The notes under the pieces were generated by a model. That model was not told the origin of the DNA and did not search any database. It saw nothing but the letters and a program-made list of their open reading frames with translations. A DNA stretch of 64,000 bases from Blastochloris sp. (GTDB lineage Bacteria; Verrucomicrobiota; Verrucomicrobiia; Methylacidiphilales; JAAUTS01): assembly GCA_034440395.1 (NCBI GenBank), contig JAWXBW010000064.1:1025-65024 (forward strand), written 5' to 3'. How positions within the stretch are numbered: the first letter of the stretch is position 1; every line of letters begins with the position of its first letter. Shown here piece after piece: positions 1 through 9,428 of the stretch. Both the position numbers and the translations under genes were made by a program.

Positions 1-182
1 TCCGTTAGATAACTTAATAATTTTTTTATTAAGCTATCTAACCTAATTACAGGCTAACCTAGTGGAAACAAAATAGCCAGACAATGCGGGCAATGAGCTG
101 ATTTTTAATCTCTAGCTTCAGTTTTCAGAGAAAAAAAGATAGGGAGTAGCCCTTAGATTTTTAGGCCAGGGAGATGGTCTTT

Positions 183-581
183 TTACAAAATACCCAGTTT
201 GACGGCGTTAGAGTCGTGACGGGCGGCTTCTTCTTCACGCATTTTATTGCTCTTGGCTTGCCAGTCATCCCACGATTTACCAAAGGCGATGTCTGCTCCG
301 CTGAAAAGCACGGAAGCGATTTGATCGTAGCTAGCGGTCGTGGGGACGGATTCTCTGGCACCCTCTTTAATAAAAAGTTGGATAACCCTGCTGGTATGGT
401 TGAAGTTATAAACGAAGCCTTCTTGGATGCTGCCGTCTTTAAAGCGTAGTGTAGTATCGCCACGGTAGTCGAAGGCGAGCCGAATGGCTTCCTTAAGTTC
501 TTCTTGGTTATTAGGGATAATTTCTTGGCCTTCGAGCTGGCTGCAGCCGATGGTGGCGTGCGACTTATCTTGTTGGGGCAT
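183..581 (-). CDS. hypothetical protein (132 aa), co-oriented just downstream of hpnH
   Basis: Longest ORF in the region, with a 35-nt gap to the hpnH stop. I recognise no motif. The overlapping ORFs 161-463(-) and 174-449(+) look like shadows. Confidence 0.5.
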   Translation of the reverse strand: MPQQDKSHATIGCSQLEGQEIIPNNQEELKEAIRLAFDYRGDTTLRFKDGSIQEGFVYNFNHTSRVIQLFIKEGARESVPTTASYDQIASVLFSGADIAFGKSWDDWQAKSNKMREEEAARHDSNAVKLGIL

Positions 582-616
582 ATGATTAGGAGATTAACGT
601 GGTGAAGGAGCTCTGA

Positions 617-1633
617 TTAAATACCGTAGGCCATGGTGCCTTTGACCGTGCGGACAAAGCCCGAGAGGGACCCGAAGGTGTCATCCACAGACGTCGCCTC
701 GTAGCCGCAATGTACCATGCAGTCTTTACAACGGGCTTCTTCGCTCTTGTGACCGTATTTAGACCATTCTGTGGTTTCAATCAATTCTTTGAAGGTTTGG
801 ACATAACCATCTTGAAGAAGGTAGCAAGGTTTCTGCCATCCGAAGATGTTGAAAGTAGGGTTACCCCAAGGCGTGCATTCATAATCAACATTACCTTGTA
901 GAAACTCGAGGAAGTTCGGGGAGAGGTTAAACTTCCAGCTCTTTTTACGATCTTTGAGAATTTCCTTAAAGAGAGTTTTGGTGGCTTCACGTCCGAGGAA
1001 GCTTTCTTGGTCAGGAGCTTTTTGGTAGCTGTAGCCAGGGGAGAGCATCATGCCTTCCACGCCTAGTTTCATCATTTCATCAAAAAACTCACGCACACGA
1101 GCTGGTTGAGCGGCGGCGAAGAGAGTTGTATTGGTGGTAACGCGGAAGCCACGCTTGACGGCCTCTTTGATGCCTTCAAGTGCGGTGTTGTAGGTGCCGT
1201 CACGGCAGACAGCGATGTCATGCTCCTCTTCTAAGCCGTCCATGTGGATGCTAAAGGTGAGGTATTTACTGGGTTTAAAAATGTCGATTTTCTTCTTAAG
1301 TAAAAGAGCGTTAGTGCAAAGGTAGATATACTTCTTGCGAGCCACAAGACCTTCCACAATTTCCCCGATTTCGTTATGGATAAGAGGCTCGCCGCCAGGG
1401 ATGCTGACCATGGGGGCACCGCATTCATCCACGGCTTTGAAACATTGTTCGGGGGATAGACGTTTATTCAGGATATGGTCTGGGTATTGGATCTTACCAC
1501 AGCCAGCGCAGGCTAAGTTACAACGGAATAAGGGCTCTAACATGAGCACAAGAGGATAATGTTTATTTCGTTTGAGTTTTTGTGAAATCACATAACTCGC
1601 TACGGTGAGGGCTTGAGAGATGGGTACGGGCAT
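617..1633 (-). CDS. hpnH: radical SAM adenosylhopane synthase (hopanoid side-chain extension) HpnH
   Basis: 338 aa with the radical-SAM CxxxCxxC motif 'CNLACAGCGKI'. Family-typical strings include 'PLVLMLEPLFRCNLACAGCGKI', 'CTPWGNPTFNIFGWQKPCYLL' and 'CKDCMVHCGYE'. The resemblance to HpnH runs end to end. Confidence 0.9.
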   Translation of the reverse strand: MPVPISQALTVASYVISQKLKRNKHYPLVLMLEPLFRCNLACAGCGKIQYPDHILNKRLSPEQCFKAVDECGAPMVSIPGGEPLIHNEIGEIVEGLVARKKYIYLCTNALLLKKKIDIFKPSKYLTFSIHMDGLEEEHDIAVCRDGTYNTALEGIKEAVKRGFRVTTNTTLFAAAQPARVREFFDEMMKLGVEGMMLSPGYSYQKAPDQESFLGREATKTLFKEILKDRKKSWKFNLSPNFLEFLQGNVDYECTPWGNPTFNIFGWQKPCYLLQDGYVQTFKELIETTEWSKYGHKSEEARCKDCMVHCGYEATSVDDTFGSLSGFVRTVKGTMAYGI

Positions 1634-1806
1634 AAGATGGGATGTAGAGTAACGGTAAAGGCCTACTTGTCAATCGGATGCTGAGATTTCTTTATTTAGA
1701 TAAAATCACTTCTTTGGACTTAAGGTAAGATTTTTTAAAAACCCAAAAAACGACGCGCTAACACAAAAATCTTAAATCTTTATCGATATAGTTTTATGTA
1801 AATCAT

Positions 1807-3957
1807 TCAAGATTCAGCTGCAAGGCTAATCGGAATAATCTGCGGTTCCTGCACTCGGGCAGCGGTGGCGTGGGCGGCTGCTTGGTTTTCTTGTTCGGCT
1901 CGAGCCATGAAGACACCTTGACAACGTAAGGTCGGTTCAGCCTCACCGGGTTTGCGGCGCTCGTGTTTACCGTCGGGCAGGAGGCGGCGGGACTTGACGT
2001 TATCTTTTTTATAGATGCCGATGATTTGTTCCATCACATGTTGTTTGATTTTTGGGTCGTCAAGAGGGAAGATAACCTCGACGCGGCGGCGCAAGTTGCG
2101 GGGCATCCAGTCGGCACTGCCTAGATAGATTTCGTATTTCCCATCATTATCAAATTGGAAAATACGGCTATGCTCGAGAAATTGATCGACGATGCTATAA
2201 ACTTCAATGTTCTCACTGACGTGAGGAATTCCAGGTCTCAGACAGCACGTGCCGCGCACGATAAGATAAATCTTCACGCCGGCGCAGGAAGCTTTGTAAA
2301 GGGCTTGAATGATTTCCATATCCACGAGGGCATTCATTTTGGCAAAAATACCCGCAGGCTTACCTGCCTTGGCGTGTTGTATCTCGCGTTCGATCAGGTT
2401 TAGGAATTTTTCAACCATGTCAAAAGGGGCTACGAGAAGTTTTTTGGAGCCGTGATATTCTGACATGCCAGTGAGGGCGTTAAAGAGAGCAGCGATTTCG
2501 TCGGTTATGGCGGTTTTGGTCGTAAATAAGCCGAGGTCCGTGTAGAAGCGTGCCGTGCTGGGGTGGTAGTTACCCGTGCCTAGGTGAACGTAATGGCGAA
2601 TTCGGTCGTCGTCGCGGCGCACGACGAACATGACCTTACAATGAGTCTTTAAGCCTACCAATCCATACACGACGTGGATGCCGGCATCTTCCATTTGACG
2701 AGCCCAAGCGATGTTATTTGCCTCGTCAAAGCGGGCTTTGAGTTCCACTAAAACGGTCACTTGTTTACCAGCACGAGAGGCGGCGATGAGACCTTTAATA
2801 ATAGGAGAATCCCCGCTAGTGCGGTAGAGCGTCATTTTAACGGCTAAGACGCGAGGGTCGTTGGCAGCTGTTTCTAGAAATTCTACGACGCTGCTAAAAC
2901 TTTCATAAGGGTGGTGGAGTAGAACGTCTTGATGGCGGATGACTTCGAAGATGCTGGCTTCGGTTTGGAAGAGTGGAACGGTGACAGGACTGAAAGGTTT
3001 ATATCTTAAATTAGACAATGTGTCTAACTCCGTCAGCGCAACGAGGCGGAGAAGGTTAATGGGATCCTCAACTAAATAAAGATCTTGCTTGGTGAGCTTA
3101 AATTTTTCTAATAAAAACTGCACCACCGCTATAGGGCAATCATTGGTGATTTCTAATCGCACGGCATTTCCGCGGTTGCGTTTCCTTAATTCTTCTTCAA
3201 TCGTGCGCAGCAGGTTGAGAGCTTCTTCGTCATCGATATAGAGATCGCTGTTCCTCGTCACGCGGAAGGCGTAGGCACCTGACACAGTTACGCCAGGGAA
3301 AAGAAGATGAGCGTGAGACTCAATCAATTGGCTTAGAAAAAGAAAATCATGCACTGTCTCACTGCGCTCGGGGAGTTCGATTAAGCGGTTCAGAACGCGA
3401 GGCACCTGGACGATGGCGTAACGGTGTTCGCCCGGTGCATCGCTGCGCTCAAGTGAAACGATGACGTTGAGGCTTTTGTTCAGGAGCTGGGGGAAGGGAT
3501 GGCTGGGGTCGATGGCTAGGGGAGTTAAGACGGGATAAACTTCCTGCAAGAAATACTCCTTTGCCCATGCACGTTCGTAGTCGGGCATATCCTCTACACG
3601 ATGAAAGCGGATGTTATTTAAATTTAGGGCTGGCACGAGTTGTTCTCGCCAGAGGGTGTATTGATCCTGCACCATTTGCGTGACTCGGTCGTTGATGGAC
3701 TTAAAAATTTCTAAGGCACTCAAACCATCGGGGCCGGGATCGTTGGTTTTGTTTTCGATTTGTTGTTTAATGCCAGCTACACGGATTTCAAAAAACTCAT
3801 CTAAATTCGAGCAAGAAATACAGAGGAATTTTACTCGTTCGAGCAGAGGGTTGCTAGGATCTTGAGCCTCTTCTAAAACACGTTGATTAAATTCTAGCCA
3901 ACTGAGCTCCCGGTTGGAGTAATGGCTGGCTTGGGGTAAATGAGATGAAGCAGGCAT
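1807..3957 (-). CDS. ppk: polyphosphate kinase 1
   Basis: 716 aa. PPK1-typical strings are 'YSNRELSWLEFNQRVLEEA', 'LDEFFEIRVAG' and 'LKTHCKVMFVVRR' (phospho-His region). Length and domain order are typical. Confidence 0.93.
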   Translation of the reverse strand: MPASSHLPQASHYSNRELSWLEFNQRVLEEAQDPSNPLLERVKFLCISCSNLDEFFEIRVAGIKQQIENKTNDPGPDGLSALEIFKSINDRVTQMVQDQYTLWREQLVPALNLNNIRFHRVEDMPDYERAWAKEYFLQEVYPVLTPLAIDPSHPFPQLLNKSLNVIVSLERSDAPGEHRYAIVQVPRVLNRLIELPERSETVHDFLFLSQLIESHAHLLFPGVTVSGAYAFRVTRNSDLYIDDEEALNLLRTIEEELRKRNRGNAVRLEITNDCPIAVVQFLLEKFKLTKQDLYLVEDPINLLRLVALTELDTLSNLRYKPFSPVTVPLFQTEASIFEVIRHQDVLLHHPYESFSSVVEFLETAANDPRVLAVKMTLYRTSGDSPIIKGLIAASRAGKQVTVLVELKARFDEANNIAWARQMEDAGIHVVYGLVGLKTHCKVMFVVRRDDDRIRHYVHLGTGNYHPSTARFYTDLGLFTTKTAITDEIAALFNALTGMSEYHGSKKLLVAPFDMVEKFLNLIEREIQHAKAGKPAGIFAKMNALVDMEIIQALYKASCAGVKIYLIVRGTCCLRPGIPHVSENIEVYSIVDQFLEHSRIFQFDNDGKYEIYLGSADWMPRNLRRRVEVIFPLDDPKIKQHVMEQIIGIYKKDNVKSRRLLPDGKHERRKPGEAEPTLRCQGVFMARAEQENQAAAHATAARVQEPQIIPISLAAES

Positions 3958-4052
3958 ACGGATTTGTACGTTGAGTGTGTGGCGTTAAGATGTCGGTGTT
4001 GTGGCAAACGTGTTAAGAAGATCGTTTTCCTACAAGTATTCCCGTGCGTTTT

Positions 4053-5642
4053 TTAATCCTTATCCTTGGTCGTTTTAATCTCAATCACATCGTGCGGGGA
4101 TGCCTCCCGTTGCCCAGCGGCACTAACGCGAATGTAGCGCGCTTTTTGCTTCAGCTCTTTCAAATCCCGTGCGCCTAAGTAACCCATGCCACTTTGAATT
4201 CCTCCAGCCATTAGTGCCACCGTTTCATCAAGTGAGCCAGAGACTTCCTTCAACGCCTCCACGCCCTCGGCCGCTACTTTACGTTGCGCATCTTTTTTAT
4301 CATGTCCATAGCGCGCCGCAGAGCCTGCCTTCATCGCTTCCAGACTTCCCATGCCGCGGTATTCTTTATAAAGCTTTCCATTGATTTCGATGATTTTACC
4401 TGGTGCTTCTTTGCAACCCGCTAGGAGACCACCGCAGATGACGGCGTCAGCTAAGGTGAGTGCTTTCACCATGTCGCCTGATTTACTTATTCCGCCATCA
4501 GCCAGCAAACTGACCCCACATTTAGCAGCGGCTTGGGAAGCCACGTAGAGGGCGGTGAGTTGGGGAATACCGACGCCGGCGACGATACGTGTGGTGCAGA
4601 TTGAGCCAGGGCCTTGACCGACTTTGATGGCGTTGGCACCCGCGTGGGCGAGAAACTCGACGCCTTCTGCGCTAGTGACGTTTCCCGCAATGATGGTCAG
4701 CCCAGGAAATTGGCTCCGCACGAGTTTAACTGTTTCACCCACGCCTAGGCTATGGCCGTGGGCGGTGGAGATGGCTACCACGTCGAGCCCTTCATGGATG
4801 AGCTGTGAGAGGTGGTGGATGATGCGGTCTCGGTCTAGCTCCCCGTTAGTGTGGCGAGGGGAAGCAATAGCGGCACCGCAGATAAGGCGGAACTTGGAGT
4901 CACGAGCAGGGCGGGTATTGGCACTGGCCTCTTCTGTAATGCGCTCCACATCACTCAACGTAAATAAACCCCTGAGCCGATCTTGTTGATCCACCACAAG
5001 TAGTTTATGTATCCCCATATGTTCGCTGAAAAAATGGTCAGCCGCTTTCACGGGATCGTCAGAAAGTGTTGTTTCATTTATGGTGAATACTTCCGAGCGG
5101 GGACTCATGGCAGAGAGGACGCTGTGAGAGGCGTAGCGTGGTTTCACCACCCGTCCTGAGAGTAAGCCGACGAGGACGCCCAAGTCATTAACCACGGGAA
5201 ACGTGCGGAAGCCGAAACCTTTATTTTCAATCATGTTTAAGACATCGCCAATGCTTTGCTCGGGGCGCACCGTGATGGGATCTTGAATAAGGCCGTGGAC
5301 ATGGTTTTTAACGCGAGCGACTTGTTTAAGTTGCTGCTTCTCCGTCATGTTGTAATGGATCAGGCCGAGTCCGCCATTGAGTGCCATGGCGATGGCCATG
5401 TCCGCTTCGGTTACCGTGTCCATATCAGCGGAAATGATGGGCAGATGCAGCGTGATGGACGGGGATAGAGCTACGTCTAACTTCGTTTGCTTCGGCAGCA
5501 CGTCGGAGTAATTGGTGGCGAGGGAGACGTCGTCGTAGGTTAGAGCTTCGTTAAAGCTGGTGGAGAAAAAATCCCGAGCAGGAAGGTAGAAGTCCGAATC
5601 GGTGGAGGAGCGAAGAGGAGGTGGTTGTGCTGCCATAAACAA
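4053..5642 (-). CDS. guaB: IMP dehydrogenase with CBS-pair insert
   Basis: 529 aa. Catalytic loop '[22 protein letters not shown]', then 'LLADGGI' and '[10 protein letters not shown]'. The CBS-like insert lies around '[21 protein letters not shown]'. Confidence 0.93.
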   Translation of the reverse strand: MFMAAQPPPLRSSTDSDFYLPARDFFSTSFNEALTYDDVSLATNYSDVLPKQTKLDVALSPSITLHLPIISADMDTVTEADMAIAMALNGGLGLIHYNMTEKQQLKQVARVKNHVHGLIQDPITVRPEQSIGDVLNMIENKGFGFRTFPVVNDLGVLVGLLSGRVVKPRYASHSVLSAMSPRSEVFTINETTLSDDPVKAADHFFSEHMGIHKLLVVDQQDRLRGLFTLSDVERITEEASANTRPARDSKFRLICGAAIASPRHTNGELDRDRIIHHLSQLIHEGLDVVAISTAHGHSLGVGETVKLVRSQFPGLTIIAGNVTSAEGVEFLAHAGANAIKVGQGPGSICTTRIVAGVGIPQLTALYVASQAAAKCGVSLLADGGISKSGDMVKALTLADAVICGGLLAGCKEAPGKIIEINGKLYKEYRGMGSLEAMKAGSAARYGHDKKDAQRKVAAEGVEALKEVSGSLDETVALMAGGIQSGMGYLGARDLKELKQKARYIRVSAAGQREASPHDVIEIKTTKDKD

Positions 5643-5912
5643 GAAAACATCACCCTAAGCCGAGAAGCAAGTTTTTTCTCAACTTTTAGAAATTGCTTAT
5701 GTTGATGTGAATGAAGTTATGAGATACTTCTCCGCAGCACGTTCAACAACGATCCTAAACATTTCTTACTTCCTTGCGAGGCTGGTCAAGACCTTTTCAC
5801 GAGAGCGGTCCTGCAATGACTTGCAACGAGCTTTTTTCATATAAATACTATCCTCAGCATCTTCGAAGCGCTCAATCAATTCGGTGTAATCTTCAATAGA
5901 CGGGAGGTGTGC

Positions 5913-7895
5913 TCAAATCCAGCGCAAGCGGTGACTAATAGGTTGGCGTTGTTCGGAACTTAAAACAGGTAAGTCGGGCATGGGATGCTGGGGCTGAAAT
6001 TTTAACCATTGCTCGGCCTCGCTTTGTAGTTCGCTCCAGCGTGACCAGTCTAAGGCAGGTGCTTGCCTGATTTGCCGCAGCAGACTGTTCCACTCGGTCA
6101 TCAGGCGATCGATGTCGCCTATACCAGAATGTTCTCCAGTGAGTTGGCTACGGCGTTTGGTTTTATTAAGCAATTCTTTGACTAAGTCGGAGGCTCCCAA
6201 GCCGTAGTGGGGTGGGACGCCTGAGAAGAGATAACCTTCGATGGAGAAGCGGCCATAGATCTTTTGGCAGGCTAGGGCGAGGGAACCTGACCAACGTGGC
6301 TCAGTTCCAGCAAAGCGGTCGTTCCCATAAAGGTTAGCCAGATCGAAGATGATATCTTGAACGGGGTAGTCGGGGTGTTCTAAAGCGGCGGCTATGGCTA
6401 AACCTTCTGGCCCGAGAAAGTAAGAAACGACTCGTCCACGCCGGGTCAAGCCGAGGGCTGGATCCAACAGGCCGATTCGTGTCCACTGCCAAAGTAACAC
6501 AGGATGGGGATCAAGCTGGAGACATTCCTCACGCTGCAAGCACGTGCGGCAGGGCTTAAAAGGGCGTTTACGCCGCTGCACCAAGCGTGCACGCGCTGTA
6601 TCGGTCGGGAGGTGGCAGGGGATAAGGGCTTGAATCTCGGGCGTAGTTAACTCCACCCCTAGACGTAGAGGGTGCTTGCTAAAAAAGGTGCGGCTTGTCT
6701 GGCGCATGAGTTCGACGGGGTTTTGCGTGTCAGCCAGACTCTGTAAAAGGCTAGACCAAGGCAGGGGAAGGGAGCGTTGGAGCCGCATGGGGTAAGCTTC
6801 TAACATGCGGGGGGATTCTCGGCTGGCTAAGTAATATCCCACCGTGTCTAAACCACGGCGTCCAGCGCGCCCGATCATCTGGAGAAGTTCGTGCGGCAGT
6901 ATTTCTTGTTCCACCCCAGCGATGGAGTAGGAGCGGGAGGTAATGATGACGGAACGGAGAGAGAAGTTAATCCCAGCACTTAATCCTAAGGTTGCCACAA
7001 CCACCCGGAGCTGCCCCATTTTGGCGAGAGGCTCAATTACCCCAGCACGCTGGGCAAAAGTCAGGCCGCTGTGGTGGAAGGCTACCCGTTGCTCCAGTAG
7101 TTTGATCAGTTCAGGTGTGAGCACCAGTTTCTGCTCAGGCGTGAGGGTTAAGGGAGCGCATGGAGGTAACTCCCGCGCAGCTTGGCGGGCGAGCCGCTCG
7201 GCCTCACGCCGGTGTGGAGCGAACATGAGAATCGGCCCTAGATCATCACGTAGGGCTCCGATTAAGCGCTTTGCCCAAAAACCATCTATTCCGGTAGGCA
7301 CACGTTTTGATAGGGCGTCGGCGTCCACTTCTTCTAAGGGAACGGGACGTTCTTTGGTCGAGACAACTTGAGGCTGTCGTCCGAGTTTGGTCAGCCATTT
7401 CGCTAAATCTTGTGGGTTCGCCACGCAGCCGCTCATGAAGAGAAGCTGTGTTTCAAGGGGTAAAGACAGAATCACCCCTTCGTAGTGATTACCTCGACTG
7501 AGATCGGCTAGCCACTGGTATTCGTCAATGGCGAGGAGAGCTGGCTTGATGCCGCGATTCAAAAGCCCACGCAGAGCTTCTAAGGTGCCGACGACGAGGG
7601 GGGCGCTGGGGTTGAGGCTGGTGTCACCTGTGACAAGACCGACATGCCAGCTCTTGGCTAGCCATTCAGCATGTTTGTCATTGGCTAGGGCGCGAGTCGG
7701 GACCGCATAGAAACTAGGGCGGGCGTGATGCTGTCTTTCGTAAAATTTCTCGAAAACATAGGTTTTACCTGCACCCGTGGGGGCGTCTAGGATCACGTCT
7801 AGACCAGAGCGCAGGTGTTGAATGGCTTCGCCCTGCCAAGCGTCGGGCAGGACGAGAGTTTGTAAGAGCTGGATCTGATCACGATGAAGAGCCAT
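5913..7895 (-). CDS. SF2 DEAD/DEAH-box (Ski2/Lhr-like) helicase
   Basis: 660 aa. Walker A 'DAPTGAGKT', motif II 'AIDEYQW', motif VI 'QMIGRAGRRG', plus a C-terminal extension of unknown role. Confidence 0.8.
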   Translation of the reverse strand: MALHRDQIQLLQTLVLPDAWQGEAIQHLRSGLDVILDAPTGAGKTYVFEKFYERQHHARPSFYAVPTRALANDKHAEWLAKSWHVGLVTGDTSLNPSAPLVVGTLEALRGLLNRGIKPALLAIDEYQWLADLSRGNHYEGVILSLPLETQLLFMSGCVANPQDLAKWLTKLGRQPQVVSTKERPVPLEEVDADALSKRVPTGIDGFWAKRLIGALRDDLGPILMFAPHRREAERLARQAARELPPCAPLTLTPEQKLVLTPELIKLLEQRVAFHHSGLTFAQRAGVIEPLAKMGQLRVVVATLGLSAGINFSLRSVIITSRSYSIAGVEQEILPHELLQMIGRAGRRGLDTVGYYLASRESPRMLEAYPMRLQRSLPLPWSSLLQSLADTQNPVELMRQTSRTFFSKHPLRLGVELTTPEIQALIPCHLPTDTARARLVQRRKRPFKPCRTCLQREECLQLDPHPVLLWQWTRIGLLDPALGLTRRGRVVSYFLGPEGLAIAAALEHPDYPVQDIIFDLANLYGNDRFAGTEPRWSGSLALACQKIYGRFSIEGYLFSGVPPHYGLGASDLVKELLNKTKRRSQLTGEHSGIGDIDRLMTEWNSLLRQIRQAPALDWSRWSELQSEAEQWLKFQPQHPMPDLPVLSSEQRQPISHRLRWI

Positions 7896-8232
7896 GAATT
7901 TAAACCTAGGCTAAGTTAATAACTTATCTCGGAACTATTTAAAAAAACGATGGAAATAAATCTACTTCTCTCAACGGGGAAAATAGGTGTTATTAACCAT
8001 GTTTAAGATGTGCTTAGATTCGAGGCACATCAGATTACTAACTTTTAAACCCTCTTCAATACAGCAATAAGGGGGTGATGACGTACACTAAAAAATAATT
8101 GAGAACTAATATCAAAGATCTCATGTGTAATTTGTTAATAACTCATTAATTAAATTGCTTAGTCAATATAATCGTCTTATATATAGATATTCAGGTAAAT
8201 CTCATAGACGAACTAAACTACTCGATACAACT

Positions 8233-8745
8233 ATGAAAAATTTAAGAAAAATATTTAGTACTAGATTTAAAAGAGGCACTGCTCTTGTTGAGTTTGCTCT
8301 GGCTTTCCCCATCTTTATCTTTTCACTTTTTTTCTTGATCGATCTCTGTCGTTACTACTTTATTCAGCAGACATTTTCTCACCAAATACGTCAGACTTTA
8401 CGCACCGCCATCATTTTTGATTCAGACAATCCAGGCGCCGAAATAGTGGCGGGAACACCTAATACGCGTTCTGCTATCATTGAGAAAGTAATAGAAGACT
8501 CAAATTTGCTGAACTTTGACTTAGATGTTAAGTTTGTTGCCACTCCAGCCACGGTAGCAACGCCAACCACAGGTAAAAATGTTTTAGTCACCGTAAGTCC
8601 CGCCGATGGAGGAAAGAAAGACGAACTGCTAACCATCCAAATGGAATATGTGGATTTTAAATTCCTAACGCCATTTGTTGGCAGTTTAGGGTCACAAATT
8701 TTCCCCTTGAAAGCCAGCCTTGCCTTTGCGATTGAGAATATATGA
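8233..8745 (+). CDS. TadE-like pseudopilin / Flp-pilus assembly protein
   Basis: N-terminus 'MKNLRKIFSTRFKRGTALVEFALAFPIFIFSLFF' is the TadE-type prepilin-like leader plus hydrophobic helix. I prefer ATG 8233 to the ORF-track TTG at 8155. The stop overlaps the next start (ATGA). Confidence 0.7.
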   Translation: MKNLRKIFSTRFKRGTALVEFALAFPIFIFSLFFLIDLCRYYFIQQTFSHQIRQTLRTAIIFDSDNPGAEIVAGTPNTRSAIIEKVIEDSNLLNFDLDVKFVATPATVATPTTGKNVLVTVSPADGGKKDELLTIQMEYVDFKFLTPFVGSLGSQIFPLKASLAFAIENI

Positions 8746-9413
8746 AGCGCAAGTCTAATAATAAAGGTCAATCCATGGTAGAGTTGGCTCTCTCCCTGAC
8801 GTTCTTGTTTATCATGACCTTAGGCGTTATTGATTTTGCGCGTATTTTCTCTACGTATCAGCGCATGGTTTCAGTTGGTCGAGAAAGTGGACGTCTTTTT
8901 GTTAAGAGCAATATTAACACGGCCACAACTAATACGACTGTTTTAAGGGATGGTCCCGAAGGTGTTAAAATCAAAGTTTACGACGTAATTGTTAATACGA
9001 TGAAGCCAGATAAACTTGATAGAGAAGGTTCCGTTATTATCTCGGTGCTACGTCGGGTCGATAATGTGTTGCTCGCCACTGCTAGTGACACTCTTTTGCA
9101 AAGAGAAACGGCAGAGTCCGATGATCAGCTGCAGCTTGTCCACCGTTTTATCTTCGATTCCACTCCAGCTACTGGATTTACGCAAAGCAAGATTAACCAA
9201 GTGATGGATGGCACTAAAATTATCGTTTCTGGGCCATCGGGTCCTACCCTCACTCCAGTAGTTACGACTCCTGTGATCAGTGTAAACACAGTACGCTTAG
9301 GTGAAGAATTAATTGTAGTTGAAATGTATTATAAGAACGACATGATTACGGGTATCGATAATTTATTTTCTGCCTTAGCCATAGACCGACTCTACGACCG
9401 CACCATTTTTTAA
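8742..9413 (+). CDS. TadE-like pseudopilin / Flp-pilus assembly protein
   Basis: 'KGQSMVELALSLTFLFIMTLGVIDFARIF' is the TadE-type N-terminal motif. Translationally coupled to the upstream gene. Confidence 0.7.
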   Translation: MKRKSNNKGQSMVELALSLTFLFIMTLGVIDFARIFSTYQRMVSVGRESGRLFVKSNINTATTNTTVLRDGPEGVKIKVYDVIVNTMKPDKLDREGSVIISVLRRVDNVLLATASDTLLQRETAESDDQLQLVHRFIFDSTPATGFTQSKINQVMDGTKIIVSGPSGPTLTPVVTTPVISVNTVRLGEELIVVEMYYKNDMITGIDNLFSALAIDRLYDRTIF

Positions 9414-9428
9414 CCTCTATTCAAGTCT

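Noticed and set aside
5-41. AT-rich imperfect inverted repeat TTAGATAACTTAATAA-N5-TTATTAAGCTATCTAA at the window edge, with a loosely similar string near 7913-7935
   Set aside because: It has one mismatch, is very AT-rich, and is truncated in context at the window start. The similarity to the second site is weak and within what AT-rich intergenic DNA gives by chance.
5766-5912. Open frame directly after the helicase stop, 'AHLPSIEDYTELIERFEDAEDSIYMKKARCKSLQDRSREKVLTSLARK*', with an antitoxin-like acidic stretch and an internal 24-aa ATG ORF (5766-5840)
   Set aside because: No plausible start codon exists for the longer version. The 24-aa ORF has no recognisable RBS or motif. The resemblance to RelB/ParD-type tails is only impressionistic, so at best it is a relic.
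8155-8232. N-terminal extensions given by the ORF track (TTG 8155, TTG 13323, 13672, 38322)
   Set aside because: Internal ATGs (8233, 13353, 13729, 38286) place the conserved N-terminal motifs at the expected distance from the start and remove overlaps with upstream hairpins or genes.
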